Of a DNA stretch of 64,000 nt, positions 28,524 through 38,270 are shown one piece after another. Within the stretch, counting starts at the first letter, position 1. Each line of letters opens with the position of its first letter. A program made the position numbers and the translations under genes. Source of the DNA: an uncultured Pseudomonadales bacterium. GTDB lineage: Bacteria; Patescibacteriota; Microgenomatia; UBA1400; PJMF01. The stretch covers positions 702 to 64,701 of the forward strand of contig CAZYBC010000005.1 in assembly GCA_964645645.1 (NCBI GenBank), written 5' to 3'. The notes under the pieces are model-generated. The model was not told the DNA's origin, did no database searches, and saw nothing but the letters and a program-made list of their open reading frames with translations.

Positions 28524-29402
28524 CTAAATTTTAATCTCTTTAATTGCACTTTTAATGTTCTTTAGTTGAAAATCTAAAATATTTTTTAATTTACTGCAAT
28601 CTAAGGCTGTATTTTTTTGGTAAGGCCGATTTAGAGTTTTTAAATAAGCACTTAAATCACCTTTTTTGACCTCTCCTGGTAAGTTTAAACCTTCTTTAAG
28701 AGCTAGAGCAAAATCATAATCGCTCCATTTTTCACCACTGCTAGCGTGAAATAAACCAGTTTGCTGAGTACGGATAATAAAATCAATAATTTTAGCAAAG
28801 TCATCAACAAAAGTTGGCCCGAAATAATGATTATCAAACATTGGATAAAGTTGATTAGCTTGTAAACCCTGAATAATTTTATGAGCCATATCAGCTCTTT
28901 CAAAACGATCAGAACGGAATGGTTGATCAATACGTAAAATTGTCCAGTTAAGATCACTATTAGTCACGGCTTCTTCTGCCCAAGCTTTGGTTTGACCATA
29001 CCACTCAATTGGTTGCATCACATCATTTTCGCTGTATAAATCTTCTTTTTCGCCATTAAAAACATAAGCCGTAGAAATATGGATTAAATGTTTGCCAGTT
29101 TGTTCGCAAGCTTTAATAATATTTTTAGTGCCATCAACATTAATTTTATAAACTAAACCATTTTTATCACCTTGTTGATTCCAAGCGGCAGTGACATCTG
29201 TAAAAGCAGCTAAATGCAAAACAAATTTAGCTTCAGGAGTTTGTGCAAAAGCCTGTATCACACTTTCATAATTAGTGATATCCACTGGTTGAGTTGGATG
29301 TCTTAAATCTAAACTATGAAATTGATATTCTTGTTTAAAATCATTGGCAAATTTAGAACCAACTAAACCATTTAAACCAGTTGTAATAATTGTTTCTTGC
29401 AT
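28524..29402 (-). CDS. rmlD: dTDP-4-dehydrorhamnose reductase
   Basis: TG.NG.VG, HLAAFTDV, HISTAYVF.G, YGQTK..AE; follows rmlB. Confidence 0.85.
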   Translation of the reverse strand: MQETIITTGLNGLVGSKFANDFKQEYQFHSLDLRHPTQPVDITNYESVIQAFAQTPEAKFVLHLAAFTDVTAAWNQQGDKNGLVYKINVDGTKNIIKACEQTGKHLIHISTAYVFNGEKEDLYSENDVMQPIEWYGQTKAWAEEAVTNSDLNWTILRIDQPFRSDRFERADMAHKIIQGLQANQLYPMFDNHYFGPTFVDDFAKIIDFIIRTQQTGLFHASSGEKWSDYDFALALKEGLNLPGEVKKGDLSAYLKTLNRPYQKNTALDCSKLKNILDFQLKNIKSAIKEIKI

Positions 29403-29403
29403 A

Positions 29404-30417
29404 TTAACCATATTTTTCTTGAAAATATTTTTTGTTTTTTTCTTTTAGTGCTTGCCACCACCATTGATTATCTTGGTACCATTGAATGGTTTTGGTTAAA
29501 CCTTCTTCTAAATTAACGCTGGGCTTCCAGCCTAATTCGCGATTAATTTTAGACCAATCAACACTATAACGGCGATCATGGCCAGGACGATCATTAATAA
29601 ATTCAATTTTATTTTCATCTTCATTCATTAAATTAAGAATCATTTTGCAGATTTCTAAATTAGAGACATCTTTATTTAAGCCACCAATTAAATAAGTTTC
29701 ACCAATTTGACCATTTAATAATACGGCTTCTATAGCACTGCAATGATCTTGAACATATAACCAATCTCGTACATTTAAGCCATCACCATAAACTGGAATT
29801 TTTTTACCTTCGATTAAATTTGTAATGGCTAAAGGAATAAATTTTTCTGGAAAATGATATTCACCATAATTATTAGAACAATTAGTGAGAGTGTAGGGTA
29901 AACCATAAGTTTCTCCATAGGCTCTTACCAAATGATCACTGCTAGCTTTGCTGGCTGAATAAGGACTTCGTGGATCATAGGGAGTTTGTTCATTGAATTT
30001 TTCCTCAGTATCTAAAGCCAATGAACCAAAAACTTCATCAGTAGAGATATGATGAAAACGCTTAATTTTATTTTTTAAAGCGGCATCTAAAAGAGTAAAA
30101 GTCCCGTTAACGTTAGTATCCAAAAAAATTTCTGGATTACTAATAGAACGATCAACGTGAGATTCAGCTGCAAAATGTACTACGGTACTAACATCATCCA
30201 TAATTTTTGCCACTAATTCTTTATCAGTAATATTACCTTCAATAAAAACATAATTAGGATTATTTTCTAAATCTTTTAGGCTATCTTTATTACCGGCATA
30301 GGTTAAAGCATCAAGGTTAATGATTTTATAATCAGGATGATTTTTCATCCAATAATGAATAAAGTTAGACCCAATAAAACCGGCTCCGCCAGTTACTAAT
30401 ATAGTTTTTTCTTTCAT
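29404..30417 (-). CDS. rmlB: dTDP-glucose 4,6-dehydratase
   Basis: GGAGFIGS, DALTYAG, HFAAESHVDRSI, STDEVFG, PYSASK, DRPGHDRRY. Confidence 0.97.
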   Translation of the reverse strand: MKEKTILVTGGAGFIGSNFIHYWMKNHPDYKIINLDALTYAGNKDSLKDLENNPNYVFIEGNITDKELVAKIMDDVSTVVHFAAESHVDRSISNPEIFLDTNVNGTFTLLDAALKNKIKRFHHISTDEVFGSLALDTEEKFNEQTPYDPRSPYSASKASSDHLVRAYGETYGLPYTLTNCSNNYGEYHFPEKFIPLAITNLIEGKKIPVYGDGLNVRDWLYVQDHCSAIEAVLLNGQIGETYLIGGLNKDVSNLEICKMILNLMNEDENKIEFINDRPGHDRRYSVDWSKINRELGWKPSVNLEEGLTKTIQWYQDNQWWWQALKEKNKKYFQEKYG

Positions 30418-30441
30418 AAAATGATCCTATTTTTTTTAGAA

Positions 30442-30672
30442 TTAAAAATCATAATCTAAATCTTGTTCATGTGATAAATCAATTAAACGTTGAGTTTCTT
30501 CTCTGCCTAAAATATCTCTCACTCTAACATACATATCCTCTAGCTTATTATATTTTTTTTGTTCTAATTTATAAGCAGATTGATAAAATCCAGCCATTAG
30601 AGCTAAGACTAAAATTATTATTAATAATATATAAGTGAGAGTTCTATAACTAATTGGTTGCTTTAATTGCAT
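30442..30672 (-). CDS. Small single-TM hypothetical protein
   Basis: 76 aa with TM helix; TGATATACT 7 nt before ATG. Confidence 0.7.
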   Translation of the reverse strand: MQLKQPISYRTLTYILLIIILVLALMAGFYQSAYKLEQKKYNKLEDMYVRVRDILGREETQRLIDLSHEQDLDYDF

Positions 30673-30690
30673 TGGACTTAGTATATCAGT

Positions 30691-30921
30691 TTAATAAATT
30701 TCTACCAACTTTTTTTTTGTTGTTAATCCTTGTTTAATAAAAATTTGTGAAGTTTTACAGTGAAAATGATCAGATAAAATTTTAATTAAAACTTGATTAG
30801 CTTTTCCTTTTACTGGTGTAGTAGTTAAATAAACCTGCCAAATTTCTTGCTTATCAACGAGAATTTTTTCCACTAAATTTTTTTTAGCTTGAGGATGCAC
30901 TAGCACTGTAATTATTTTCAT
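30691..30921 (-). CDS. DUF167 (YggU) family protein
   Basis: V.P.AK, P..GKAN..LI..LS, I..G.T.K.K.VEI. Confidence 0.85.
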   Translation of the reverse strand: MKIITVLVHPQAKKNLVEKILVDKQEIWQVYLTTTPVKGKANQVLIKILSDHFHCKTSQIFIKQGLTTKKKLVEIY

Positions 30922-30923
30922 TA

Positions 30924-32069
30924 TTATTGATTAGCATTAAGTTTTAACAAAATTTCGTTACGAAAATCATCAATATTTTTAATTGTATAAACCCATAAAT
31001 TTTCATAATAGAAATCTGGAGGATTATAAAGTACCCCAGAAGGATCTGATGGATCAGTGCTTAAAGTTTGACCGACAATTTTGAGTTGATTAATAGTCGG
31101 TAAAAGAGCGCTCACTGTAGCAAATAAATCAACCAGACTTAAGGCTTGAGAATAATTTTGGTTATAAAAATTAATAATTTTTCCACCTATCTCAGGATGA
31201 TCATAAAAATATTGAGGATCTCCAACTTTATTGAAAAAAGCCTTGAATACTTCCTGTTGACGTTCACCTCTGGCGATATCATTACCTTCGTCATCAGCGC
31301 TTTTTCTTGATCTGATATATTGTAAAGCTCTTTTTCCAGACATTAATTGTTTGCCAGATTCAAAAGTAACGGTTTCATAAAGTAAATTCGGATCAGTTAC
31401 AGTGCTGATATCAACATCACTTTTAGGAAATTCTGTATCAGTAAAACCTTCAGCCACCTCAACTTCAATCCCACCAACAACATCAATTAATTGTTCTAAT
31501 TGTTCTAAAGATAAAACTAAAGTGTGATCAATATGAATATTAGTTAATTCACTAATTACTTGAGCTGGAAATTGAGTTGGATTAGTTTGATTACGCTCAT
31601 AACCATAAGCGAGTAAAGCATTAATTTTAGTTTGATAAGATTCGCTCCAAATATCTCTAGGTAAAGAAAGAATATTGATAGTGCCAGTATCAAAATGAAT
31701 TCTAACAATCATCATCGTATCAGTAAGAGGCGGAATATCACCTCGACTCTCTAAAGTATCTACTCCAAGCAAAAGAATAGTGGTTTCGGTTCTATTGGCT
31801 TCTTGATAAAGCTGGCTTTTATCATATCCAGTTTGAACCATAGAAAGCAAATTTCTAACTGGAATTTGAGCAGTAGATTCAAAAGCTTGGTATTTTTTAC
31901 TAAAAATAATAAATAAAATAGCTGAAGATAACCAAATTAAAAAAATACAAGTAAAAATAAAATAAGCAAACCAAGATAATTTTCTTTTCTTTTTTAAAGG
32001 TTGATTTTGATCATTGCTAGTATTAATTTGATCTTCCATAATGGGAAAATTCTGATTATTTTGATCCAT
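30924..32069 (-). CDS. LytR-CpsA-Psr (LCP) family glycopolymer transferase
   Basis: ILLLGVD, TDTMM, LSLPRD, KINA, YIRSR, D..R..RQQ; N-terminal TM. Confidence 0.92.
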   Translation of the reverse strand: MDQNNQNFPIMEDQINTSNDQNQPLKKKRKLSWFAYFIFTCIFLIWLSSAILFIIFSKKYQAFESTAQIPVRNLLSMVQTGYDKSQLYQEANRTETTILLLGVDTLESRGDIPPLTDTMMIVRIHFDTGTINILSLPRDIWSESYQTKINALLAYGYERNQTNPTQFPAQVISELTNIHIDHTLVLSLEQLEQLIDVVGGIEVEVAEGFTDTEFPKSDVDISTVTDPNLLYETVTFESGKQLMSGKRALQYIRSRKSADDEGNDIARGERQQEVFKAFFNKVGDPQYFYDHPEIGGKIINFYNQNYSQALSLVDLFATVSALLPTINQLKIVGQTLSTDPSDPSGVLYNPPDFYYENLWVYTIKNIDDFRNEILLKLNANQ

Positions 32070-32210
32070 AATTTTAATATTGTATCAATTTTAATATTTA
32101 ATTTGCACTTGTATTACTCATTTTAGGCATAAAGCTTAAAAAAAGATACTCTTATTTTAAATTAGAAAGTTAATATTATTAATCTTAGTTAATTTGCTAC
32201 AATAAAAATA

Positions 32211-33962
32211 ATGAATAGAATTTTACGTAATATTATTTTATTTTTAATTTTTCTAGCTAGCTCTTGGTCATTATTAAAACCAGGATTTTTTTCTTTTCAT
32301 GATTTTACTCATGGAGCTAGAATTGCGGAAATGACAAGAGCTTTAGAAGATGGTCATTTTCCTGTTCGTTGGTCAAAAAATTTTGGTTTTGGTTATGGGA
32401 TGCCCTTATTTGAATTTTATGCTCCTTTACCATTTTATGTAGGGAGTTTCTTTTATTGGTTAGGTTTAGACTTAGTTACCTCTATTAAAATTTTATTTTT
32501 AATTTGTAATGTTGGTACTTTATTAGGAGGTTTTTATTTAGGTCAAGCTTTAACTCATCATAAAAATGATCCTAAAATTAAAGATCTGAATGGTTTAATT
32601 TTTGCTACCTTATTAACTTTGGCTCCTTACAGAGCAGTTAATCTTTTTGTACGTGGTGCTTTAAGTGAAGCCTGGGGGATTATGGCTTTTCCATGGATTC
32701 TATTAGGTATAGTTCAAATTATTCAACAAAAAAAACAAGCTTGGAAAACTTTATTATTAGGTCTAATTATTTTATTTTTAAGTCATAATTTGATGACCAT
32801 GATTTTTGTTCCTTTTAGTTTGGTTTTTGGATTAGCTTATTTTTATTACGAAATTAATAAAAAGGAGAGTCTGTATCAATTAAAGGGAAAATTAGTTTGG
32901 CTTGAAATTAAAAAAACTGTTTTTAAAACAGCTGGAGTTTATCTATTAGCCATTGCGGCTTGTACTTTCTATTTATTTCCAGCTTTCTTAGAAAAAAATT
33001 TAACACAAGTTGATAAACTTATCCTAGAATCAAGTGGGTATTGGAATTTTCAGCTCCATTTTCTTTATTTAAGACAACTTTTTAAAGTTAATTGGGGCTA
33101 TGGCGGAAGTTTTTGGGGTCCTAATGATGACATGTCATTTTTCCTTGGCTATCCACAAATAATCTCTCTTTTAATTTCTGGATTTTTTATTATCACTGAA
33201 TTTATCACTAGATTTAAAAACAAAAAAAAGTTTAATAAAATAAATTTTTTATTTAATATTTTTTTATTCTTGCTTTTGTTAAGTTCAGTTTTATTAACTA
33301 CATCTAAAACTAGTTTTTTATGGGAAAAAATTGAACTTTTAAGTTATATTCAATTTCCCTGGAGATTTTTAAGCTTAATTATTCTTGTAATTGCTTTAAT
33401 TAGTGTTTTTGTTATTAATCAAATTCAACACAAAATTTTATTAAAAATAATTTATTTTCTTCTTTTATTTAGCACTTTAATTCTTAATTATCATTTTTTT
33501 AAACCTGATTTTTATTTAGATAACCCTAAGGGTGTATTTTATGAAGATGAACAAAAAATTAGAAAAGAAATGAGTGGAATTTTACCTGATTATCTTCCTA
33601 CAGATATGAAATGGGAAATTGTGCCAGTTGATCATTTAGTTTTAAATGATCAGTTATCAAAAAATGACTATAAAATTTTAATCGATAAAACTCAAGAAAA
33701 ATTAATTGATTTTAACTTAACTCAAGAAACAAAAATCGATTTGGCCATTGCTTATTATCCAGGTTGGCAAGCTGAAATTGATGGTCTTAAAACAATAGTA
33801 GGAAAAAGTAACACTGGTGGTATCCAAATTAGTTTACCAGCAGGCAATCATAAATTAGGTATTTATTTCGGCTATACTACAATTCGTCTAGTTAGTGATT
33901 TGGTGAGTTTAGGAGCTTTTTTCTTAATTATTTATTTATTATTTATTAGAAAAGAAGACTAA
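32211..33962 (+). CDS. GT-C membrane protein (PTPS-related/YfhO-like family)
   Basis: HD..H.AR, GHFPVRW, GYG.PLF.FY.PL, RGA..E, QFPWR, YYPGW. Confidence 0.75.
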   Translation: MNRILRNIILFLIFLASSWSLLKPGFFSFHDFTHGARIAEMTRALEDGHFPVRWSKNFGFGYGMPLFEFYAPLPFYVGSFFYWLGLDLVTSIKILFLICNVGTLLGGFYLGQALTHHKNDPKIKDLNGLIFATLLTLAPYRAVNLFVRGALSEAWGIMAFPWILLGIVQIIQQKKQAWKTLLLGLIILFLSHNLMTMIFVPFSLVFGLAYFYYEINKKESLYQLKGKLVWLEIKKTVFKTAGVYLLAIAACTFYLFPAFLEKNLTQVDKLILESSGYWNFQLHFLYLRQLFKVNWGYGGSFWGPNDDMSFFLGYPQIISLLISGFFIITEFITRFKNKKKFNKINFLFNIFLFLLLLSSVLLTTSKTSFLWEKIELLSYIQFPWRFLSLIILVIALISVFVINQIQHKILLKIIYFLLLFSTLILNYHFFKPDFYLDNPKGVFYEDEQKIRKEMSGILPDYLPTDMKWEIVPVDHLVLNDQLSKNDYKILIDKTQEKLIDFNLTQETKIDLAIAYYPGWQAEIDGLKTIVGKSNTGGIQISLPAGNHKLGIYFGYTTIRLVSDLVSLGAFFLIIYLLFIRKED

Positions 33963-33963
33963 A

Positions 33964-35457
33964 ATGATTGAACAAACAGCTGTAGATACTACTGATGAAT
34001 TAGAAGAAGCACTGTCAGAAGAGCAAATTACACAGATTAAAAATAAATCAGTTTCTGGAGCAATTGCTTATTTTATAAGAACTTTATTTTTACAAGGAAT
34101 TGGTTTGGCAAGTGCCTTTGTGTTAAGCTGGTTTTTTGAGCCAGAAGATTTTGCAGTTTATGGTTTTGTCACTCAAATTATTGGATTATTAATCTTTTTT
34201 TCTGATGTCGGTTTGGCTGCAACTTTAGTAAAAAAAGAAACTGAACCTTCTGAAAATGATTACAAAACGACTTTTACAATTCAACAAATTTTATCTTGGT
34301 TTATCTTTTTAATAACTTGTTTAATTTTTGTTTTGGGATTTGTGCAAAAACGTTTTGGTATAGCCGGAGGATGGATTTTATTAAGTTTAGGTTTTTCTTT
34401 TCCTTTAGCTTCTCTAAAAACTATCTCTTCAATTAAATTAGAAAGAAAGCTGGATTTTTCTAAATTAGTAATTCCTCAAATTTTTGAACAAATTGTTTTT
34501 CACGGTTTATTAATCTTTTTAGCTTGGAGAAGCTATGGACCCATCGCTTATGCATGGGCGATTACTGCTCGGTCAATCATTGGCGTGATAGTGATGTTTA
34601 TTATTTATCCATGGAAAATCGGCTTTAAATTAGAAAATAGTAGTATTAAGCAATTATTGGGTTATGGTTTAAAATTTCAAATTAACGATTTATTAGCCCG
34701 TATTAAAGATCAATTGTTTTTCTTGGCGATTGGTTATTATTTGCCAATTAAAAGTTTTGGCTTAATTAATTGGGCTAAAAATTGGTCTTTGTATCCATAT
34801 AATCTCACAGTTCAAAATGTAATGGCTGTAACTTTTCCTACTTTTTCTCGTTTGCAGAAACACAAAGATTTATTGAAAAAAGCTTTAGAAAAATCAATCT
34901 TTTTTATTAGCCTTTTTATTTTTCCTCTTTTAACTGGCATGTGTTTAATGATTACTCCTTTTGTTACAGTAATTGAAAAATATCAAAAATGGCAGCCAGC
35001 TGTGCCAAGTTTTATTTTCTTTGCTTTAAGTATTGCTTGGGCTGCTTTGTCTACGCCTTTAATTAATACTTTAAATGCTATTGGAAAAATTAATCAAAGT
35101 TTAAAATTAATGATTATGTGGACAATTTTAACTTGGATTTTAACGCCAATTATGATGTTCTTTTTTGACTTCAATGGCGTAGCTATCGCTGCTTTCCTAA
35201 TTTCCTTTACTTCTGTTTTATCTATTAAATTTGTTAAAAAAGAAGTTGATATTCAAGTTTGGCCTAATATTTGGCGACAATTATTAGCTAGTTTAAGTAT
35301 GGTTTTAATAGCTTATTTAATTAGAGATTTTATGGCAAAAGATATACAAAGCTTTTTATTAAGTGGTGTAGCTATCAGCTTTACTTATTTGATAGCTTTA
35401 TTACTGATTGATAAAAATATGATTTTACAACAATTACATAGTTTAAAAGCTAAATAA
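33964..35457 (+). CDS. wzx: Wzx/MOP-family oligosaccharide flippase
   Basis: Polytopic; P..F..YG, SDVGLAA.L, LERKL.F, FPTFSRLQ. Confidence 0.85.
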   Translation: MIEQTAVDTTDELEEALSEEQITQIKNKSVSGAIAYFIRTLFLQGIGLASAFVLSWFFEPEDFAVYGFVTQIIGLLIFFSDVGLAATLVKKETEPSENDYKTTFTIQQILSWFIFLITCLIFVLGFVQKRFGIAGGWILLSLGFSFPLASLKTISSIKLERKLDFSKLVIPQIFEQIVFHGLLIFLAWRSYGPIAYAWAITARSIIGVIVMFIIYPWKIGFKLENSSIKQLLGYGLKFQINDLLARIKDQLFFLAIGYYLPIKSFGLINWAKNWSLYPYNLTVQNVMAVTFPTFSRLQKHKDLLKKALEKSIFFISLFIFPLLTGMCLMITPFVTVIEKYQKWQPAVPSFIFFALSIAWAALSTPLINTLNAIGKINQSLKLMIMWTILTWILTPIMMFFFDFNGVAIAAFLISFTSVLSIKFVKKEVDIQVWPNIWRQLLASLSMVLIAYLIRDFMAKDIQSFLLSGVAISFTYLIALLLIDKNMILQQLHSLKAK

Positions 35458-35469
35458 TCAATTCTATAT

Positions 35470-36180
35470 ATGGATAAATTGAAACTTAATTCTTTATCAG
35501 TTTTTTTTCCTTGCTTTAATGAAAGTAGTAATATTCCTATTTTTGTACAAAAAACAGCTGATTTTTTACCTAAAATTTGTAAAAAATATGAAATTATTAT
35601 TGTTAATGATGGCAGTAGTGATGACACCATAGATGTTGTTAAAAATTTGCAAAAAAATTATCCTTATCTAAAATTAGTTAACCATAAAAAAAACTTAGGA
35701 TATGGAGAAGCTTTAAAAACAGGTTTTAAACATAGTCTTTATGATTGGATTTTTTTTACTGATGGTGACTTACAGTTTGATATTACTCAGCTAGAAAATT
35801 TTATACAGCATACTGATGAATATAGTGTCATCATTGGCTATCGTACTAATCGTGCCGATGGGGCTTTAAGATCTTTGAATGCCAAGCTTTTTAAAATTTA
35901 TATAGATTTATTATTTAGAGTTCATGTCAAAGATATTGATTGCGCTTTTAAATTATTAAAAGCTGAAACAATTAAATCTATTAATTTAGTTTCTAGTGGT
36001 GCTTTTACTACTTCAGAATTTTTATACAAATTAAAGAAAAAAGGCCAAAAATTTAAGCAATTACCAGTTAAACATCAACAAAGATTATATGGTAATCCAA
36101 CTGGAGCCAAATTAAAGGTCATCATTAAAGGTGTCTGGGAAGCCTTTAGACTTTATTTACAGATTAAATTCAAAAGTTAA
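35470..36180 (+). CDS. DPM/DPG-synthase-like GT2 (polyprenyl-phosphate sugar synthase)
   Basis: SVFFPCFNE, NDGS.D, N.GYG.A, FTDGDLQFD, DIDCAFK. Confidence 0.85.
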   Translation: MDKLKLNSLSVFFPCFNESSNIPIFVQKTADFLPKICKKYEIIIVNDGSSDDTIDVVKNLQKNYPYLKLVNHKKNLGYGEALKTGFKHSLYDWIFFTDGDLQFDITQLENFIQHTDEYSVIIGYRTNRADGALRSLNAKLFKIYIDLLFRVHVKDIDCAFKLLKAETIKSINLVSSGAFTTSEFLYKLKKKGQKFKQLPVKHQQRLYGNPTGAKLKVIIKGVWEAFRLYLQIKFKS

Positions 36181-38201
36181 TTTATTTTTAAAATTTTAAC
36201 TTTATCATTTTGATAATAAATTTTAAGGTCAGGAAAAATTTCCTCCAGGGTTTTATAATAAAGTTTTTCATTTTCATCAAAAAAAGGAATTTTCAATTCC
36301 TTTTGAGGATTATTATTATAAATGAAATCAGCTCCACTTTCTTTTAGTTTAGCCTTTAAAGTAATTAAATTATCAAACTTAAAAATTTGATCTCTAAGTT
36401 GGAATCTTGCTTGAACTGGTTGATTATGGCTTTCCAAAATCACTTTGCCACTGGCATAACCGTAGCCATTACTAAAAAAGCTAATATAAGGTGTTTCTTT
36501 ATCCCAATGATCTGTAGAATACACCAAAATGGTACTATTAGGATTGTTTATAGCTAGATAATTTAAAGCTTGATATTCTTCCAAAGTTAAAATAGTAGCA
36601 TCAAAACCTTTAAGATAATTTCGACTTTGATGATAAAAAACAGCCATTGTTCTAGGCAAAATAATCATGATTGATAAAATAATCAATAAGTTTTTTATCA
36701 GTTTATTATTAATTTTATTTAAAAAATAATCTAAATTAATCGCCGCCAAAATTCCAAAAATAATTAAAGAAACTACAAAAAAATTAAAAACATTATGACC
36801 TCCAGATTTTTGTAAAGTATTTGCTCCAATGAATAAAAATAGAAAAGCAGTTATATATAAAGATTTGAATATATTAATGTCAGTTTTTTGGGCAACAGTT
36901 TTGTTAAAGAAAAATCCACAAATTTTAAGCGCATAAACTGAGATTAAAAACATCATTGAAGCTAAAAAATTATAGAAAACAATAAATTTAATATTTTTAT
37001 ATTCTTGATAAACTTGCATTCTTAACCACCAATCATTCCAGTTTAAATTCTCTGCACCAATATAAAGCTTTACCCAATTAAGAGGCGCCCAAAACAGACC
37101 TCCTGCTTCTTTATTAACTGGAAAAAAAATCAAGCTACTAATCAGTGCAAAAATTAAAACATTTAAAATTGTAAGTTTATTTTTGATAAAAGTTTCAATT
37201 AAATTGCGCTTTTTAAGAAAATTCAATAAAACATATAAACAGTAAAATAAGACAGCAAAAATGCCAAAATAAATTTTAAAACCAACTAAAGTAGAGAAAA
37301 TTAAAACGCTAATAAATTCTAATTTTTTGTTTTTTTCTTGGATAGCTTTAATTAATAGAATTAATCCTGAAGCCAATAAAATTTTAGCAAATGTTTGAGG
37401 AGGGTTAAGAAATTGAATAATTCCATTATCAATAGATGCGATTTGCCAATTAAAATTTTGATGCAAAATTAAATTAAAAATATATGAGATATCAGCTCCA
37501 AAATATAAAAGAAAAACCGCCCAAAGCCCAGCGGTTTTAGAATTACTTAATAGTTTGGTAAGTTTATAAAAAACTAACCCCATTAAAAAAGATAAAACTA
37601 AAGGGAAGTATTGGAAAAAAGTATGTGTAATTGGTGTTTGCCAAACTCTAATGAAATCAGCCATAACCATATTTGACCAATAATGATAATTAGTAACGGG
37701 TAAGCCAGCCGCTCCTGGTTGTAAGGGAGGGAAATTCTTAATTAATTCGTTGATTAAGCTAATATGAAAAACACCATCAAAAGCATTTAACCAATAAAAA
37801 ATTATGCCTTTACTAGTCATTAACCCTGAAAAGAAAACAGTTGATAATTCAACCAAAGAACCTAAAATAATTATAAATATTAATAATTTATTCTTTTTAA
37901 GCCCTGCAAAATTTATTTTTAAATTTTTTATTTTAAGTTGTTTAATAAACAAAATTAAAAAAATTAGTAAATATAGGTAAACTAAATTTCTTAACTTTAA
38001 CCAAGCAAATAAATAATTTATTAAACCCCATAGAGCAATCCCTAAGAATGGTGAGGTTAACAATTTGCTTGTTGTATCTTTAAGTTTAATTTTAGATAGA
38101 ACAACAAATCCTGGTATAAAAAAAGTCACTAAAAATCCTAATAAAAAAATTATTAGATTAAAAAAGAACTGATAACTAAAAAGAGGATATATTTCTCTCA
38201 T
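36177..38201 (-). CDS. Large polytopic membrane protein, probable GT-C
   Basis: Many TM helices; loop AFDGVFH...ELI..FPP..P, NYHY, FK.YFG. Confidence 0.6.
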   Translation of the reverse strand: MREIYPLFSYQFFFNLIIFLLGFLVTFFIPGFVVLSKIKLKDTTSKLLTSPFLGIALWGLINYLFAWLKLRNLVYLYLLIFLILFIKQLKIKNLKINFAGLKKNKLLIFIIILGSLVELSTVFFSGLMTSKGIIFYWLNAFDGVFHISLINELIKNFPPLQPGAAGLPVTNYHYWSNMVMADFIRVWQTPITHTFFQYFPLVLSFLMGLVFYKLTKLLSNSKTAGLWAVFLLYFGADISYIFNLILHQNFNWQIASIDNGIIQFLNPPQTFAKILLASGLILLIKAIQEKNKKLEFISVLIFSTLVGFKIYFGIFAVLFYCLYVLLNFLKKRNLIETFIKNKLTILNVLIFALISSLIFFPVNKEAGGLFWAPLNWVKLYIGAENLNWNDWWLRMQVYQEYKNIKFIVFYNFLASMMFLISVYALKICGFFFNKTVAQKTDINIFKSLYITAFLFLFIGANTLQKSGGHNVFNFFVVSLIIFGILAAINLDYFLNKINNKLIKNLLIILSIMIILPRTMAVFYHQSRNYLKGFDATILTLEEYQALNYLAINNPNSTILVYSTDHWDKETPYISFFSNGYGYASGKVILESHNQPVQARFQLRDQIFKFDNLITLKAKLKESGADFIYNNNPQKELKIPFFDENEKLYYKTLEEIFPDLKIYYQNDKVKILKIN

Positions 38202-38230
38202 CTTATTTTTCTACTATTTATTGTTTCATA

Positions 38231-38257
38231 ATAATCCTATTATAATCCTATTATAAT
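38231..38257. repeat. 11-bp tandem duplication (ATAATCCTATT x2.5) in divergent promoter region
   Basis: ATAATCCTATT ATAATCCTATT ATAAT; junctions form palindromic ATTATAAT. Confidence 0.85.
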
Positions 38258-38270
38258 AACAAAGATATAA

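Noticed and set aside
32070-32098. AATTTTAATATT direct repeat upstream of LCP
   Set aside because: Pure A/T 12-mer in very AT-rich intergenic DNA; plausible by chance.
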